Of a stretch of DNA of 64,000 nucleotides, positions 60,020-64,000 are shown one piece after another. Origin of the DNA: Rhizodiscina lignyota (Eukaryota); assembly GCA_010015805.1 (NCBI GenBank), contig ML978128.1:806001-870000 (forward strand), written 5' to 3'. The notes under the pieces were generated by a model. It saw only the letters and a program-made list of their open reading frames with translations. It was not told where the DNA came from and searched no databases. Position 1 is the stretch's first letter. Every line of letters starts with the position of its first letter. The position numbers and the translations under genes were made by a program.

Positions 60020-60684
60020 ATGCTGTCCTTCCTCCCTTCAGCGCTCTGTCTGGCCGTACTCACCCACCTCGCCGCCGCAGCCGACTCTACCTGCACGACC
60101 TCGACCGTGACGATCCACGCGTGGTCAGTCCAAATCGCTACGCCCACTCCACTAGCAAAGATATCGCAGACAACATGCGGCTCTGAGCCACCAAAATACT
60201 CGCTTTCATCATGGATACAGCCGACTGAGGAATATAAGGACCACGACCTTGTCCGGATAGGACACTACGACACGTCGGTCTCCGACGTCGAAAAGAGCTG
60301 GGACGGCATTGTAACATCTGCTGCTTCTCTCGCGCCAGGGACGAGGAAAGTCTTGACATTGCACACCGACCTTAACGGCAAGATTTTGCACCTCGGCTTC
60401 AGAGCGAGCACTGCGAAGCCGAGTGAGGGACAAGACGAGGTGGAGATTCAGGTGAAGCAAATACAGCCGGGCCCGAAACCGCTACTGAACAGGCCCGTGG
60501 TGCTGGATGACACCGGTAAGGTCAAGACGGATGAGAAGGATGAGAAGACTTTCATACAAAAGTAAGCCTATTTGGTGAACCGTGCACAGACTGTGGAAAG
60601 CTGACCTCGCAACTCAGGTATTGGTGGGTTCTTGCGATTTTCCTGGTGATGCAGCTCGTGGCGGGAGGAGGTGGAAAAGAATAG
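60020..60684 (+). CDS. EMC10: ER membrane protein complex subunit 10-like protein
   Basis: Exons 60020-60561 and 60618-60684. Signal peptide, GPKPLLNRPVVL and the EKTFIQKYWW + C-terminal TM signature. Confidence 0.8.
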
Positions 60685-61189
60685 TAAGATCACTTCTACA
60701 TGGGGTAATATTTGCTATACTTCTGGCGCGAGCCAGCGAGCGAGAACGAGCCGTGAGTTTGTGTGTCGCGGATACGCAGTCGCAGGCTACACAGGCTATT
60801 TATCAAGGGGTTGGAAGCATTATTCCATGCGATCACGACGATCTTATTGATTCAGCAGAGAGAGCGTCTTTGCAATGCACATTTAGGATTGAAGCTCCAG
60901 ATGATACCCAACAAGATGCCCTAGTTACTGTACATAGAAAGAATCATGCCATGTCCAAATGCGCTCTGATGAAAATGCTTTTGCTTTTCCCGCTCGCCAT
61001 GCTGGAGACTCGTCGAATGAAAAGACATGTCATCAGACGCATTGACCCATTGTACATCAAACAAAATTGACGAATTGAAAAACATGAATGAGTAACCGCT
61101 AAAAAGACAACTGCAATGAATCAATCAGAACCGTAACGCTCAAGTGACAATGAAGAATTAGCAACTGAAATGAAAAATGGTGCTACCAT

Positions 61190-62221
61190 TTAGCAGCATC
61201 TGCCTCGTCTTTTTCGTTGCCGTCCCTGTATCTCATTCTGCCACTCTGTCGCATCCGGATGAGCAGCGACATCCTCGTTCCCACCAGCACCAAAAGTCGG
61301 TAGGCCAAGCCAACTTCGTCTCTTGTCGCCATAGCCTACTCTGAAACTCCCTCCGTTCGCGCCGCCGTATATTCCCTGGGTGCGGCCGTTACCGTTGCCG
61401 TCTGATCCCCTACTCTCGAAGTAACCTGCACCTGTGCCCGTTTCAGGAGTGGTGGCTGCTTGCTCCAGTTCTAGTCTTTGATTTCTTTGTTCTATTAACC
61501 GTCGTGTGACGACACGGAACACCTCGTCAACTCCTTCGCCTGTCGAGGCAGACACTTCGTGACAGGATGTCCATGTCCAGGCAAAGTCTTGCCCCCATAG
61601 TCCGGACGAGCGATTCGAGTGTGGGCTAGGTAGCGGATTACCGCTAGGCGGGCTGAGTGATGGCCCCAATCCGTGGCCCGCGAGGAGCATCTCCGCTTTT
61701 GGCGTTGGTACTCTGGCAGGTGTATCTCCTCCTGTTGGTTGCATGTTTGCCCCTCCTGTTTGGTTGGGGTAGAGGTTTTCTGCAACATATGCAATGCTCC
61801 TTTCGTACGGCACTTTGCGTCTTGAGGGTTCTTCCGCCACTATGTCCGCCTTCGTCCCCACGACATGAAGGATTGTATCTTCAGCCAGATTTTCTCTCAG
61901 CTCAGACAGCCATCGTCCCATTTCGATGAAGGAGTTTGCCTCTGTGATGTCATAGCACAGGATGGCAGCATTCGCGCCTCTGTAGTACAACTTGCTGATA
62001 CTCCTGAATCTCTCTTGTCCTGCGGTATCCCATATCTGCAGCCTCACAACAGACCCAGTGTCGATATCAACAACGCGTTTCGTCAGGAAGCTTGCGCCGA
62101 CAGTCGAGGCAGTATTTGTGGGGGAGACACCCTTGACATAGCGATGTACGAGAGAGGTTTTGCCGACGCCTTGGGAGCCTAGCACGACGATCTTCGCTTC
62201 GAGGCTGTTTGAGTCGCTCAT
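61190..62221 (-). CDS. Rab small GTPase (Rab5/Rab21/Rab24-related fungal lineage)
   Basis: GSQGVGKTS, TVGASF, WDTAGQERF, YYRGA, GTKAD, EVSA and a C-terminal CC prenylation motif. Confidence 0.92.
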   Translation of the reverse strand: MSDSNSLEAKIVVLGSQGVGKTSLVHRYVKGVSPTNTASTVGASFLTKRVVDIDTGSVVRLQIWDTAGQERFRSISKLYYRGANAAILCYDITEANSFIEMGRWLSELRENLAEDTILHVVGTKADIVAEEPSRRKVPYERSIAYVAENLYPNQTGGANMQPTGGDTPARVPTPKAEMLLAGHGLGPSLSPPSGNPLPSPHSNRSSGLWGQDFAWTWTSCHEVSASTGEGVDEVFRVVTRRLIEQRNQRLELEQAATTPETGTGAGYFESRGSDGNGNGRTQGIYGGANGGSFRVGYGDKRRSWLGLPTFGAGGNEDVAAHPDATEWQNEIQGRQRKRRGRCC

Positions 62222-63110
62222 GATTGAGCGGGAATGCCGGGCGACGACTTCATTGGGGAGCGTCCAAGGTTACTTAAAGAGGTCTCAGGAGTGTGAGAAA
62301 GGATAACTATTCACGTATGTCGCGTGAGTAACTGCGCATGTGTCATGGGGGCGGCGAATGAGGGTCAGACGGGAGGAAGAGGCGGAGTACGGAGTTGGTA
62401 GAAGGGAGAGGTTGAGCTCTAGTCGCGACTCATCATTGTTGTTGTGCTTGGTGCAGGTCGGACACGAACCCAATTTCGCGTCTTCAATATTGGCGCGCGT
62501 CTTCTCGTGAGCCACTGCAAGGATGAAGGTTGTAGATGTCCGTGATCGTTGTTGTTTGGCTTGGCCGTCGGAGTACGGAGTACGTCACTTTAGTGCATCA
62601 ACGCATGTGCATTTCACGCCGCGGAGGCTCTATCAATGCCGATGTTCCTCTGTACCTATTCCAGTTGCCGAACGGCAAGTCTCTTCGGCCCTAAATCTCT
62701 TTCCGATGCTAAGGATCCAGATTCGATAGCCAAGCGGCAAATGTAGGAATTCAAGGTTCGGTGTGACTTGGTCCATTCAGCCGAGGACCATTCAGCATCC
62801 GACAATTCTAGCTGTAGCTCCCTTCCAAATCATCACCGCATCATTTGTCCCGTCTCCCAGTCGCCTCATCATAAATTTTGGAGCGGCTTTCTTCCCATTA
62901 TATCCACTATATTTCCATTCCTATCCTATCGTCATCAGCGAACTTCCTTCTTGTCTCCACTGTCTCTGATACCCCACGCATTGGCCATTCCCCACAATTG
63001 CGGCCTACCGTCCGACCTATTTTATTCCCGCCACCGCTATCACTGCTACCTCGATTGGATAACATCTCACCCATACCAGCAGGTGGTGATTAAGTGTATA
63101 CCCCGAAAAG

Positions 63111-64000
63111 ATGAATCATAAATCAAACAACACGCAAGCGGAGAAACTTTCTGGGGAGGATCTGGCGAAGCACAACTCGAAAGAGTCATGCTGGGTAAGT
63201 CTTTACTCTATGCACCACGATATGGAACAGGACATGTCAATTGACCCTCCTGCGCAGGTTATCATACACGGCCGCGCATACGACGTCACGGAATTCCTGC
63301 CAGAACACCCCGGAGGCCCGAAGATCATCCTGAAGTACGCCGGCAAAGATGCGACGGAAGAGTTCGATCCCATCCACCCTCCGGATACTCTAGACAAATA
63401 TCTCGACAAGTCTAAGCACCTCGGGGAGGTAGATATGGGCACAGTAGAGAAGGAAGAGAAGGAGGAAGACCCAGAAGAAAAGGGGAGGCAAGAGCGGATA
63501 AAGAACATGCCAATTCTGGAGCAATGCTACAACCTCCTGGACTTCGAAGCGGTGGCAAAGAACGTCATGAAGAGAACAGCTTGGGCATACTACTCCAGTG
63601 CAGCAGACGACGAGATCACAATGCGAGAGAATCGCAACGCATACCATAAGATATGGTTCAGGCCGAGGGTACTACAGGACGTCACGGACATTGATCTCTC
63701 AACTACCATGCTTGGAACTAAAGTCGACATCCCATTCTACGTCACCGCAACTGCGCTCGGGAAACTGGGCAATCCGGAAGGCGAGGTTGTCCTGACGCGC
63801 GGCGCGAGGAAACATAACGTCATCCAGATGATCCCGACATTGGCCTCTTGCTCTTTTGACGAGATTGTAGATGCCGCCGAAGACGGCCAATGCCAATGGC
63901 TGCAGCTATACGTCAACAAGAACCGCGACATTACGAAACGCATTGTACAGCACGCCGAGAAGCGCGGCTGCAAGGGCCTCTTCATCACAGTGGATGCGCC
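63111..64000 (+). CDS. CYB2: Flavocytochrome b2 / L-lactate dehydrogenase (cytochrome) (3' end runs off the window)
   Basis: Exons 63111-63194 and 63258->64000 (intron 63195-63257). Cytochrome b5 domain (HNSKESCWVIIHG...EHPGG) followed by an FMN dehydrogenase domain (AWAYYSS, IWFRPRVL, QWLQLYV, LFITVDA). Confidence 0.93.
   Translation, partial: MNHKSNNTQAEKLSGEDLAKHNSKESCWVSLYSMHHDMEQDMSIDPPAQVIIHGRAYDVTEFLPEHPGGPKIILKYAGKDATEEFDPIHPPDTLDKYLDKSKHLGEVDMGTVEKEEKEEDPEEKGRQERIKNMPILEQCYNLLDFEAVAKNVMKRTAWAYYSSAADDEITMRENRNAYHKIWFRPRVLQDVTDIDLSTTMLGTKVDIPFYVTATALGKLGNPEGEVVLTRGARKHNVIQMIPTLASCSFDEIVDAAEDGQCQWLQLYVNKNRDITKRIVQHAEKRGCKGLFITVDA

Noticed and set aside
1..62221. Apparent endosomal/vacuolar gene cluster (VPS35, ATG15, VPS9-domain GEF, Vps70/Tre-like, Rab)
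   Set aside because: The genes are spread over 60 kb among unrelated genes, with no shared regulatory motif seen; likely coincidence.

Overview
Eukaryotic, gene-dense genomic DNA from a filamentous ascomycete (Pezizomycotina, probably Dothideomycetes; inferred from short GT-AG introns with CTRAC/CTRAY branch sites and from the gene families). I reconstructed about 28 protein-coding genes by hand-splicing. Conserved housekeeping genes include VPS35, COX14-like, ATG15, a VPS9-domain GEF, SLT11, MZM1, ZUO1, an MscS-like channel, TFIIB, an M28 carboxypeptidase, an FGGY kinase, EMC10, a Rab GTPase and CYB2. Interspersed accessory genes include a double-frameshifted HET gene, a 1097-aa fusion of a degenerate NACHT-like module to a DUF7025/AAA+ module, a BTB-like protein, a Mug135-like protein, a secreted lytic-transglycosylase-like/LysM protein, Cys-rich and Ser/Thr-rich secreted proteins, two NmrA-like proteins and two MFS transporters. 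MZM1 is absent from the ORF track and the Mug135-like gene appears there only as its first exon. The most unexpected observation is a degenerate ~220-bp unit forming short tandem arrays at three separate intergenic loci (~30.9-31.4 kb, ~38.5-38.8 kb inverted, ~44.5-45.4 kb). I recognised no rRNA, tRNA, CRISPR array or intact transposase. Family assignments come from motif recognition, not database searches.
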